A stretch of 64,000 bases of DNA from Phoronis australis. Taxonomy: Eukaryota > Animalia > Phoronida. The notes beneath the pieces are model-generated. The model was not told the origin of the DNA and made no database searches. It saw nothing but the letters and a program-made list of their open reading frames with translations. The translations under genes and the position numbers were made by a program. This document shows positions 1 to 12,500 of the stretch, in pieces. Position 1 is the first letter of the stretch. Every line of letters starts with the position of its first letter. Location of the stretch: assembly GCA_002633005.1 (NCBI GenBank), contig NMRA01000081.1:1016428-1080427 (forward strand), in the 5' to 3' direction.

Positions 1-920
1 ACTATTTTTTGTAAAGAAGAAATTGAATTATTCCAAGTTTAAGCCAGGGCGTGGCTTGATTAAACTTGGAATTGGGTACAAAAAACTACGAAATGCATTC
101 AGGGATGATTCAAAAGTAATAGAAAATGCGTTTACAATATATTGGAACCAGTGAAAGAATGTTTGGTTAACCACGTGATTTTTTTGTAAGGCGGAAACTG
201 AATTATTCCAAGTTTAAGCGAGCTACGCCCTTGCTTAAACTTGGAATTGGGTAGAAAAAACTGCGAATGCGCTAAGAAGTGTTCCAAAATTTTTAGAAAA
301 TGCATTTAAAATGTCTTGCAACCAGTTACCGAATGTTTGGTTCACTATGGAATTTTTTGTCATGTAAAGCAGAAATTGGATTATTCCAAGTTAAAGCAAG
401 GACGTATCTTGCTTAAACTTGGAATTTACGGAGTTAAAAAACTGCGAATGCGCTCAGAAGTATTCTAAAGGTAATAGAAAAAAGCATTTAAAATGTATTT
501 CAACCAGTCAGAGAATGGTTGGTTCGCCACGTGAGTTTTTGTGAAGCAGACATTGAGTTATTCCAAGTTGAAGCGAGCCACGCCCTTGCTTAAACATGGA
601 ATTGGGTAGAAAACAACTGCGAATGCATTCATAGGTGTTTCTAAAGTAATATAAAATGCATTTACGTTGTATTATAATCATTAAGAGAAGGGTTGGTTCA
701 CATCAGTAACGATTTCAGCCCACTCAAGCGCCTTGTTCTGTGATTGTGTGCCAGGCAGCCGCTTAATTCCAAGTTCACGCAAGATTCCAAGTTCACGGAT
801 GGGGTTTGGCAGTTTGCTTAATCTCAAGACCACTTGCTTGATCTTGGAATTCCAAGTTCACGCAACACTCACTTCGGCTTATTCTTGAGATTAAGCAGGA
901 TTCCAAGTTGAAGTACAACA
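1..920. repeat. Tandem satellite-like array, ~175-178 bp unit with 41-bp hairpin core; truncated by window start
   Basis: Core TTCCAAGTTTAA..TTAAACTTGGAA recurs at 31, 206, 384 and 561 (variant copies). Shorter TTCCAAGTT motifs and the inverted pair TGCTTAATCTCAAGA/TCTTGAGATTAAGCA continue to ~915. Confidence 0.85.
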
Positions 921-1486
921 GTACGATAGTAATTGGCGTAATTATCTAATGTCAGGAGTAAAGGAAGGGATGATAGGTTTGTGTGGATCAGTGATACATA
1001 TATTTAACATGTTCAAAACTTACTTGGCCGTTATATGGGGTCTTTAAGTTCCAATGTTTACTATTACTACTAGTAGTGATAATGAGGGTGCCGTAAGTTG
1101 ATACTTATTAAACATAACAGCTGTCTGAGACCTGCTGTAGCTAGACACCAGGCAAGTTTTTCTCACGTTTCCTAAAAAGTGCACAAGGCACTTATCAAAA
1201 GTACCTAACAGTTTGCTGCATATGTTATAGATGAATAAGCATATTTAAGTTAAGTGTGAGTGTACAAACAGAAACTGCCACGATATTTAAATATTACTAA
1301 AACAACAGATGAAAACTGAAGATCTTGGGGTTTTAAAACATCCTTAACTATTAATATTTCCATCATTACTTACAGGCAATGGTGGCAGGTATCAACTAAA
1401 TTTCCAAAATATTTAGCGCAGGAAAACTATAAAACTAAGTGAACAATGACAGAAAATAAGAACTCGCAAATTCCATAGAACACATG

Positions 1487-1492
1487 TTTATT
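1487..1492 (-). promoter_or_regulatory. Candidate ACSS2 polyadenylation signal (AATAAA)
   Basis: TTTATT on + strand, ~2.1 kb downstream of the ACSS2 stop codon. An alternative hexamer lies at 2151-2156. No transcript evidence. Confidence 0.35.
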
Positions 1493-3591
1493 ATAAATCT
1501 ACAATTACAAGATTTGTAAGTAACCTGATCCCTTGATTCCCACATGAGTTACAAATAACCTGGTCACAACATTTGATTATGCAGACAAATAATACTTACA
1601 TCTAATTGTATAATTCAGGGAAACTAAGTTTAAAAAGAAAAAAGAATAACAATAACTGAGGTTGTCTGCCTAACATTAAAAACAAACCAAGAGCCAAGAG
1701 CAATTTTTATCAAATCAGAAATTATTGGCTCTGTACTCTCACTTTTAAAGAAAAACTAATATAATGTAAGGCAGAACCTTATTGCAGGCAAAGGCATAAA
1801 AATTGAGGAGGCACTCCTGTTTCACAGATCTTTTTGACTGACCCTGAGTCGCGAGACAGATGTCTCCCCTTTGCTACAGGCCTGACACTAGTCAAACAAA
1901 AAGACAAGTAGCCACATATTCTTTAGTGCTGGTGACAGGGTTGTGTTAATCATGGCTTGTCATGTAAAAATTAATGTGCTCTAAGATCAATGTCGAAAGG
2001 GTCTACCCCCTTCACTCAGGATTACTTATCCACTGCCCCCATTTTACTTCCAACCATGGTTTCAGGAAGGTGGTCTAAAATCCGCAACAGCTTGGCCCAG
2101 CATGTGCATTCCGATGTTTAATGCTGGCTGTGGCTAAACTCTCGCAAACATTTATTCTGGCAGGTTTTTACATGTCAACATTGAGAGAGTGTAAAAAAAT
2201 TGCCACCAGAAAATAGTTTCACACAAAAAGACATTACTTACTGTTATTACTTGCCTAAGTGCACAGGGTCACACCTGAGTAGTCAAGCTAGTAGCAACAC
2301 ATACTGCAGAGTAATCCCAACATTATAAGGCAATGTGACAAACTATTGCACTATTGTTTCTTCAAACACGAAGTTATGGAAAATCTGTGCAAACCATTTT
2401 TACAAGTTTTGTCCTAGGGTTCATATAACAGCTGCTTGCACCCAAGCATGGATATTTTGTCACATCTATTCTGCAAACTGAATCCGTTTTATGTTAATGC
2501 TTTGAACAACAATATTCGTACACAATCAGAGGAATGCACCATGTGCCCAAATTAGCTACCGAGTGTCGGCGTGTCCAATTTCACAAGCAACACGCCAACA
2601 ATACAAATTCACACTATCTGACTGTATCCTCCACTCACAGAATTTGAACACAATGGAAGGCACAGCAGGTCCAATGCCACTGCATGTTTCAAGACAGTAC
2701 AGTCAGTTCAAACCTGGCATAATGCCCAACCATGACCCAGAGGTCCAACAGCAGGGGTGTGTTTTAAATTACCTTACTCTAGCGATGTTGCAGGTGGGGT
2801 CTGGTCTTGACACCTGAACTCCCTCAAGATCAGCGTGTCTACTATAACTACTAAGCATTTGTTCATAACGTGGCTGTTTGAAGTTTCGACAATGATGCAA
2901 AATAATGACCTATGGAATGTCTTCAAGTCTATGAAGCAATTCACTTGTGTTGAGCCAGACCAGAAACCTTCAGTCAAAGGTACTGCAACACCCTTCCACA
3001 AAGCACTGTGAGTATACCCTTTGTGTATCTTGTACATGGTACAAACACGTTCATGGTATTCAAAGTAGAACAAGTAGCAACATTACATGGATGTTCTGAG
3101 AAAAAAGTCAAAGTTAGAACAAATATCAATTCACTTCCCAAGCTCGCTCAAAACAAGTCACAGCAGTGATTGAAGTTGAATAAAGAGTGCTTCCACCATC
3201 TTTATAAGATGCCATAACAATGAAACTATCCCCAACTAATTAAAAAATACATGGCACAGAATTACTTCCCCAGCTACTTAGCATTACAGTACCCTCAGAA
3301 AACATTACATCCAGATTGCAGTCTAGGTTCAAGTTTAAGCTTAATAGGGGAAATGACTTGGCTAAATATAGAATTAAGCAAAACTTGTTAATGACACTCA
3401 CATGTAACCTGTACAATCTCATATTAAGTCAATTGTGTTACAAACAAAATCAAAGTTCAAAATCTAAGATTTCAGCCTGATAACACATTATCAAAATTTA
3501 GTGAAATCTATTTCAAAAAGAAAAAAATAATTTCACAAAATACATTAGACAGCTTTGCTCTAATGACATATTTCAAAGAATTTCAATTCCT

Positions 3592-6500
3592 CTACGCATC
3601 AGCAGGCCGCTTCTCGAACAGGACGTCAATAACACTGGAGTCAGCCATTGTGGATACGTCTCCAAGGTTACGGTCGCCGCGGGCAATCTTACGCAGGATG
3701 CGCCGCATGATTTTTCCTGAGCGTGTCTTGGGTAGGCCAGGAGCCTCCTGAATGAAGTCTGGTTGTGCAAATGGGCCAATCTTCTCACGCACTAAAACAA
3801 TGTAACAGTGGTTAGAGACTACTAAAGATAGGAGCCTTTTAACACACAAAATAAATGTAATTAGTGATGTTGGTTGAAATGGAAAAGACATATTTATACT
3901 TAGAATTAAATTACATAAAATGTGATACTTGTTTCTAAATCTTAAAACATTTAAAAGCAGTTTTGTGTGGCATATGCCTAGAAAGAAAAGATTTTTTTAA
4001 CAGTTGATATGTTACTTCCCAACCATTTACTGTGAGTGTACTTGATATTATCCAATTAACATGGCAGAGTGAGTGAAACTATATCATAAACAACCTGAGG
4101 ATTAATAGTTTGAATCGTTCAAAAGGACTTTATTTAAGGGTTGCTGTAACGCCACTGACTCAGTCAACATGGAATATAAACAAATTGCACGTCACAAGAA
4201 ATGAAACTGACTGAAATTTTTTGGATGAATATGCGCAATGCCAACTCCGCTTTTGGAAAAGTCTGAAAACTAATACAAAGTCAAAGCACTCAGAACTGAT
4301 CAAAGTGTTCAAGTGAATCTCTGTTCACCCTACACTTCCAAGCATTGAGATCTAGTGCACCCACCTTCCAAAATTTTTTGGGTTCATTTCACATTCTTGG
4401 GGTCCATGAAAACAATTGAAAAATCATTTCATAGTCCTAGGATGATGCACAATGCATATTGAAAACTGAAAAAAATTGCGGGGCCACGGTGATACACTCT
4501 TCTTCAACTTAACAGTGTCTAATAATGCAAACATGACATGGGCAAACACAGGATGAACGGACTTCTACTGATCTGTAAGTCTAAGGTCAACCACTACACA
4601 GTGACTCTGTAAGAAATCAGGGGCCTGTCTCGTGAAAGTGACTCAAGACTTCAGACAGAGATTTGGTCCTGCACTCCACACAATTACTGCAGAAACGTCA
4701 TTAAATCTGACATGAGCTGAAATGGACAGTCTCTGATAATATACACATAACTGCTAGTTACTGGGATAATTACAATGAAATATTTCTAGACTGTGATGCA
4801 CTCATAATTATTTTACTGGCTAAACCATTTTTCAGCAATTGTGAAGTGTGAATGTAAGATTGAATTTCTGTCTTTGTGTCAAAATCACTCGTGAAATACG
4901 CCACATGTGACAAACTGTTTGTATTTTAAAAAATGACAATTATGCCATATCTAGGAGTTACTAAATTATAATGCAGTTCACCACAATAAACTTGGCCATT
5001 TTATGATATCAATGGGAAAGCTAGCAGTGGTCTAATTATTTCTTGTACGACTTAGTTGAATCAGAAAACAGTCATTTGTTGAAATAAGAAAGACTAGACT
5101 ATTCACATTTACCCGTGAAAATTCATAAATCACGAAACATCTGGAAACTTACTTAAATATTTTCTTGACAATACTGAAGCTACTGTCTACTTCTGCTGGG
5201 TGCCAGGTGCAATGTTGGGCAAATAATTTCAATAAATTTCCAGAAGTTTTGCAATCTAAAATTTTTCGCATTTAGTAAATTCACCTAGATTAATGATAAT
5301 GTCAATCACATATTCATGAGATGTTGTAACAGGAAAGACTAGTTCAGATTTATTAAATTCCCAGCCAACCTCGTTTAATGATATTTTCAAAAACTGCAAA
5401 GTTCTATTTTGCATTTCTCTAGAGCTGCCACCTTTAGTCAAGTGTTCACACTAACCTTTGTGTTTCAGCTCAGACATCAAGTGGCTAGAGAACTCGTATC
5501 CATCAGTCAGTGTAACAAAGCAGTAAGTACACTCGCCCTTGATTTTGTGAGGGTGAGAAACAACCGCAGCCTCTGATACAGACGAGTGCTCAACCAGGGC
5601 TGACTCGATCTCGGCTGTACTCAGTAGATGACCAGACACATTCACCATGTCATCAATACGCCCTGTGATCCAGATATAACCATCCTTGTCTCTTTTGGCA
5701 CCTGTGTGTGAAGACGTTTTTGACAATGATATCCTGCACCAGCTGATGTCTTTAACAAAAGATTTTTAACAGTTTTACCAGATTTTAAAGTGTTTTCCCA
5801 ACATGTGCATTGCCTCATTTTATCTGGTCTCGACACATCATTTTTAAAAGACATATAAATTCAATTCAATGATCAACTGTTTTGCTCGCAAAGCAAATTA
5901 TGTAATCACTTGAAAAGTATTCTGTTCTAAGCATTTGCATTTTCGAAATACTTCTTGACTAGTAGATATAAACTTAAATTGAGGAATTAAAACAGCCCAT
6001 AATAAGAAAAATAGCAAGATAATTACTCAAAGAGTGATTATTTTTTGTACTTTGATAATCAGTTCAGCACCACAGATATGAATGTATGTAACTAGCCGTG
6101 CGTGAACATCAGCCAGACCTGTGGTAATGCCAGGATGCCTTACCATCACCCGTAAAGTAGTATCCCTTGGTAACATAAGGCCTTACCATCACCAGTACAG
6201 TAGTATCCCTGGAACTTCTTGAAGTAGGTCGTCTCGAACCTCTCCTGGTTATTATAGACAGTGCGCATGATGCCCGGCCATGGCTGACTGAACACCTGTA
6301 ACACAGACATACACATCAACAAAGACCAGAATGACTTCAATGGATCTCAGTGGTCTAGTGTACCACCGTGTGATGGTCAGTTCAACGACTAATTGTTCTA
6401 AACAATCATGGCAGAGTTTAGCTGCAGTTGTTTGTGAAGGAATCCTCTTCCTACTGACAATGCTTGGACAAAGAAAGAAATATGAGGGAATTTCCAGGTG

Positions 6501-9500
6501 TGAAACAACGCTGCCTATTTAAAGTAGACACAATGGATTAACTATGTGAAAAATAGCCCCACCGAATACCCATTACAAGTTTGTTTGGATGGACCTGGAC
6601 AAAATAAAAGGCATTTATGCGCTACCTTGATTAAATTGAAACCTAAATTAGCTCATTTTCAAACATTTCAATGTGACTCAAAATTGTTACCTACATTTTG
6701 TCTTATTAAAAATTTATTCTAAAGAAAAGACTACAAAACATTACAAATCAAAACTACTAGGATGACATTTCTACAACACAAAATAACGGTTCGTTGCCGA
6801 TATGTTACCCGTTTAAAATTTGCTCCAAGTGTCCACCATTTTACTGCAAACACTTTTAACTTGCAGGCAGCATGACCTTTTTTAGTCAATCTGTTTGATG
6901 GATATGGAAGCAGATGCCAAAAACACGCAGTGAGGGATACGCAAAGAAAGCCTAAACTGGAATTTAGGAGTCGCCACAGTAGTCACATTCACCAGTCCTG
7001 CTCTCTTCAATAGGAGCATGCTATAGACTAAATTTTGTAAAGATCCATCAAGGAACTTCAGTTGGTACGTACAAAGACAGAGGCCACATAATTATCATTA
7101 AGGGACAACACTGTAGTCATGTTCTCCTCAATAAGAATAAAATAATGTTACAGTAATAAATTTCATGAAGATAAATATTAAGGGACTTGGTAGTTATTGA
7201 GGCAGCGACAAAATATATGCCACTAGGTGTCCCGTAGTAATTTGCCCATTGGAAAATCAATGTAGCACTCGCATCAATAAAAACATCTGTCAAATTTCCT
7301 AATGACACTAGTTTGGTGGGTAGAGAAGTGACGGGGAAAATAAACTAGGGGAGCAAAATACTATGAGGAAAACAGTTACAATCATGCATACTAAATAGTC
7401 CTAAATTCCAACTTTTAGCAAGCGTACAAATTCCCAAAGTACAATGGATTAACATGGACATTACCACAGGCAAGCACAGTGTCCCAAGACTAATGTAACA
7501 TACCAGGTATCCCTCGCCTTCACCCTCTATTTTCTTTCCCTCTTCATTGAGAATATCTGGCACAATACCAAAGAACGGAAAGGTCTGAAACACGCAATAT
7601 CACATTCATAGAGCCACAAGCAGTACAGTAGAGACATCTGTTGTTGAAAACACAAACAAATTCTTCACTTGGTGTAAGGCCAAGCCACAACTATTCTCAC
7701 CAGAAGTGCTATTTTCTCAACAAAAATCTGAACCAAATTCCCTACTTTAAAATTTCTTAAATATAATTCTACATCTGCCGTGATTTAAATTGCAAACGGC
7801 TCATCAAAATGTAAAAGCTTTAATGTATTCATGTTTAACAAAGACATATGATGTGTTCACTTAACTGTTCAACAAGCAAGCTATGAACAAACTGATCACA
7901 TTATGTGGTTGTTTTACAGAACAACGGGGAAATGACATTTCAATAAAGTTTAATCTTACATTAGGAAAGTACTGATGAAAGCCAGTTGGCGTGTACCGTA
8001 AACTATAGAGCAGTCATATTAATGAGCCATGACATCAACCGATGACAAAGACACTGTTGATGATGCTAGCACTGACAACAAAAGTGACGCCGATGCGACT
8101 GGCAATGACAACGACGTCGATGCCAGTTACACCAAAGATGACAATGAGGCTATTGCCCACAATGACGGCAACAATTGGACAACACCAACGTGCCGACAAT
8201 TGCAAGTCTGACCTTGGCTGGATAGTCAAGCTTACACTGTCAGTGAAGACGAGGTCAATGACACTAGCGCAACCATGCAAACAACTGGAACACTCTATGA
8301 GAAGAGAGTGCGTCCACTAGTACAACCATGCAGACAACTAGAGTGCATCCAGCACCCATATCAACAAGATCGTCGTCACCACAGCCAACACCATTTGACT
8401 ACCAAAATGCCGATGATAATAAAGATGGCCACTGAAACCAACAGCACCTATGCTAAAGGTGACACCACTGCAAACCACAATTCCCCCACCCAGTCTCCAA
8501 ACTCCGAAAAATGGGTGTCACACATGATTACATGATGGTTCCAGGTTTAAAAATCATATGCTAAACAAAATTTTCTTGTAGTTTTGTACTGTTTTAAACC
8601 AAAAACACATTTCCTCAGGTTTCATGGAAAAATCAAAATATTTATACTGTACGTTTGCAAAGGGAAGAGTGTTCCCCTGTTGTCCGCTAACACCCTGGAA
8701 AACATTGACAATGACACTGGCGATGCTGGTGACCACAATGATCATGGAAATGAAAACGTAGATAAATGTGTATCTGTGTAAATTCCATTTTGTGTGCATG
8801 AAAAATGTAGCGCTCATAGCAATAAACCAATAAAAGAGCAAGGATGACTTTGTCAATAAAAGAAAAGTCAACAGGTCAGTGAATTTTGAATGGCAAGTCA
8901 TAGCATATTCAGATAGTGCTTTGACATTCATCTACCTATCAAAGTTCAGAAAAATCCGTCAAGAGACGCCATAGATACCGAGCGAGAAATCAACAAATGA
9001 AAGAGAAGTCATCCAATAACCAAGTCGTGTAGCCCTTGACGAAATCTAGCGAAAATTAAAAAAATGGCCACCACAGCGCCATCTTGCGTCTGATTTCGCC
9101 CAAAAATAATAGACTCCAAGCTTTCCATGTGATGAATATTGTGTGTAAATTACATGTCATTTGGACAAAATGTGCGACCTGTAGCATGCGTATGAGAACT
9201 CATGAACAAAGAGGTAGGAATTGGGCAATAAAAGAAGTCATCAGCTCAGGAAACTTCAAATAACACGAAAAGCCAAAGGGTAAGTCAGTGTGGGAAATGA
9301 ATTGCAGAATTGAGACAGCACTTGTTGAGAACTATCCACAAGCCAAATTTCAGACAGATGAAGTACAGAGATGTTGCACGAGTAATCAATCAATGGTCAA
9401 TGAAAATCTCCAATAACTCAAGAACAGTAGGTTGAAGCGAGAAACATATGAAACACCACCAACAGCCCTTGAACAGATCTATCATTAAATTTCAGAAGAA

Positions 9501-12500
9501 CCCCTAAAAGGGGCTCTGTGAAGTGAAAATTTAGAAAATGGTCGACACAGTACCACCTCTAATGCGATTTCCCACAAGAACAATACATCTCGCGATTTTA
9601 ACATAACACATCGAGTGTGTTAATTTCATGTCGATCAGACAAAAAAATGTGACATATAGCATATGTACTAACAAAAAAACAAGCTTCATGACAAAGCAAC
9701 AAAACTGGAGAAATTTCACTTCACCAAGAAATAGTGGATATTCCACAATGTTGTGAAGAAGCCACCGAGCGAAGAAAAATTTGTTGATACAGTACAAAAT
9801 AGAGACATTATTTCAAAGCAGATAATTCATTGACTCTGATTCTAGACTCAATGGCTGATTACATTGCTACATACAACACACCACTTTACTTACAGCTGAT
9901 CCAGGTTTAGTGGGCGTGGCTCCAGGCAATGGTGTGATCACATGACCACCCTGTGGAGAGAACAAAGTAGCGTGAACTGCGAGTACTCTCACATGCTCTG
10001 TGTAGCTTTATACCTCAGTTAACACACGATATGTATAAATCGTGTAGCTTGTACATTAACTAAATACATATGATATATAAAGAGCTGTATGGGCTCGTTG
10101 ATGGCCACACACCGGGGTAAATGTCATGACTAAAAATTTATTCTTCAAGAGCTATCAGGCTCATTTGTGCTGTTTGCTGACTCTGGTTTCTGCATGTCTG
10201 TAAACTGCCATGCATGGGATGCCAGTCCATCACAGATTACTTCCTGGTCATTACAGGTTCTTACTTACACAAAATGGCTTGCCGAAGGTTAAGTGTCTTG
10301 TTCAAAGAAGTGTTCCAAAATATAACATGTGTGGAAACACAACTGGCAAAACACAACATATCGAACGTTGTTCGCTTATTTGTGTGCTCATAACCAAAAT
10401 GTTTGAGGCACAATTCCATATTAAAGTTAATATGAAATTTAAGTTCAGTCACAATCAACACAACACAGAATGCTGACCCATCACAAGACATTACTTATGG
10501 ACGTCACTACATTGCCACAAAGATGGATGATCATAAATGTCAGAACATATCAAGAGAAATCACTTCATCTGCAAGTCCAAATACATGTTACACTTCAACA
10601 CAAGAGAATGCAAATGAATTCAGAAACCTGAGTGTTTAAGTCAGTCAGCAATCTTCAAATTTATAAATACTTCAACTTAAAAACCCGTTTTTTCTCCAAG
10701 AAAAGCTGCTGCCAAAATACTCCGATTTTACTAACCAAAACAATTTAATATTCACACCAGTTATTCAGTCCGTCTCCTTACCGTCTCAGTTTGCCAGAAT
10801 GTGTCGACAACGGAGGCGTTTCCGTTACCAACAACATTGTGATACCACAGCCAGGCTTCAGGGTTAATGGGCTCCCCGACAGTGCCGAGGACCTTCAGAG
10901 ATTCACGACTGTACCTGAGATGGGAGTAGACAAGACGAGTCATCACACAAAAACAACAGGGATGGAGAATTGTCTACACCAGTATTAATTAAATATTTAT
11001 CTGCAGACGTTTTGACCATACTAAATGAATGTTCTTTCAAGACATCTGTCCACAAATTGGTGGATTAAGGGTTTCTTGAAATGATTTCTAAAATCTAAAC
11101 TCTAACCTATTTACATTATCATCACACGTAAATAGGCAAACGGTTGGTACATAGACTTACAGCATCTCCACTTCCAAGGTGGTTTTAAGAAATTACATGT
11201 TTTCCTGAAAAATGAAATGACCAACAGGGAGGCCAAGGTAGTTGGTTATGCCTGAAAATGACCAGTGCTAGTCAAATTCTCATTACACACCTCTGTGAAA
11301 AATTTCAACAACATTCATCAAATCGATTCATCTTGCGGGTGCACAAAAATCTTTCTTAAAAACACATTCCCTCCAACCCTATACAACTTCAGTATTTACA
11401 GTACGTCACACAACAACTTACTTCTTCACATAATGGTCACCATACTTCATCAGTGACCTGATGGCTGTGGGGGCAGTGTAAAACTTGGTCACTTTGTATT
11501 TGTCTACAACAGCCCAAAAACGGCCCGGGTCGGGGAAAAAAGGTGTGCCCTCATACTGAAATCATACAAACAAAAGAATCATGGATGACCGACTTAACAC
11601 AAATATTGAGTATGGAATTGAACACAAATATCGTCATCTTAGATATGGATCAAGGATCTTGGCCCAATTTGCCTAGTAACCTTTGAATCACTTTCTAATT
11701 TGACGAACTAATTGCTATACAACAGAAATAGAAATAAACACATGAACTGCAGAATCGTGATCCAACACTGTTCAAAACATTCGTTTCAATGATATAACAG
11801 TTTTACAATGTGCCGGTAATGTAAATAAGTACAGGGGTATGTTACTTGGACTAATGAAGCAGTATTATCCAGAAACATTTGACAGTCACTTATTCTCATC
11901 TTCACAAAAACATTTACCACTCCCCTATTCATAAACAGCACACTTCTGATATAGGTATTTATATAATTCAGAAAAGAGCTATACTTGGGCCTAGTCAAGT
12001 CAACCATTTGTGTGGTAACAGTACATTGTTCATGCATTACTCTCACCAGCAAACCCCACTGTTCCACAGACCCCAAACATAAGAACTCCCAGATAAAAGC
12101 AAACACAATAATAGTTTGTGCTACTCAGATCCCAACAGTGTGGGTCATTTAATAACGCAGCATGAATTCACAGTAGATAAACCAATGGAAATTTGATTTA
12201 GTGTACATGATTGTACTTCGTTATGTGGAACAGGACCTGTGAAAATACTTGACAAATTTATGATCAGAAAGCACAAACGGTAAACTTCATTTTACACGAA
12301 CAACAACTGTCTGGTAGTTTTTATTTGTTCTGAGCTCACCCACCCACAATTTTTATTTCAAGTGCCTTCCCACCAAAACTGACTTTACTGGAACAGTCCT
12401 CAGCTGGATGCAAGTAAAGATTCTTACAATGATGCCTGTTGCTCCGTTGCCCAGAGGTCCGTAACAAATGTACGTGTGACCAGTAATCCAGCCTACATCA

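Noticed and set aside
1-620. CRISPR-like appearance of regularly spaced palindromic repeats
   Set aside because: The intervening sequences are ~135 bp and homologous to each other. The context is eukaryotic and there are no cas genes, so it is a satellite.
2563-3422. Short ORFs downstream of ACSS2
   Set aside because: They fall in the probable 3'UTR, have no recognisable domains and often use non-ATG starts.
4618-4905. Possible Harbinger-like MITE
   Set aside because: The putative TIRs are too degenerate and there is no clear TSD.
8029-8781. Asp/Thr/Asn-rich ORFs in several frames
   Set aside because: Low-complexity GAC/AAT/CAC-rich intronic sequence is open in several frames by composition, with no splice or homology support.
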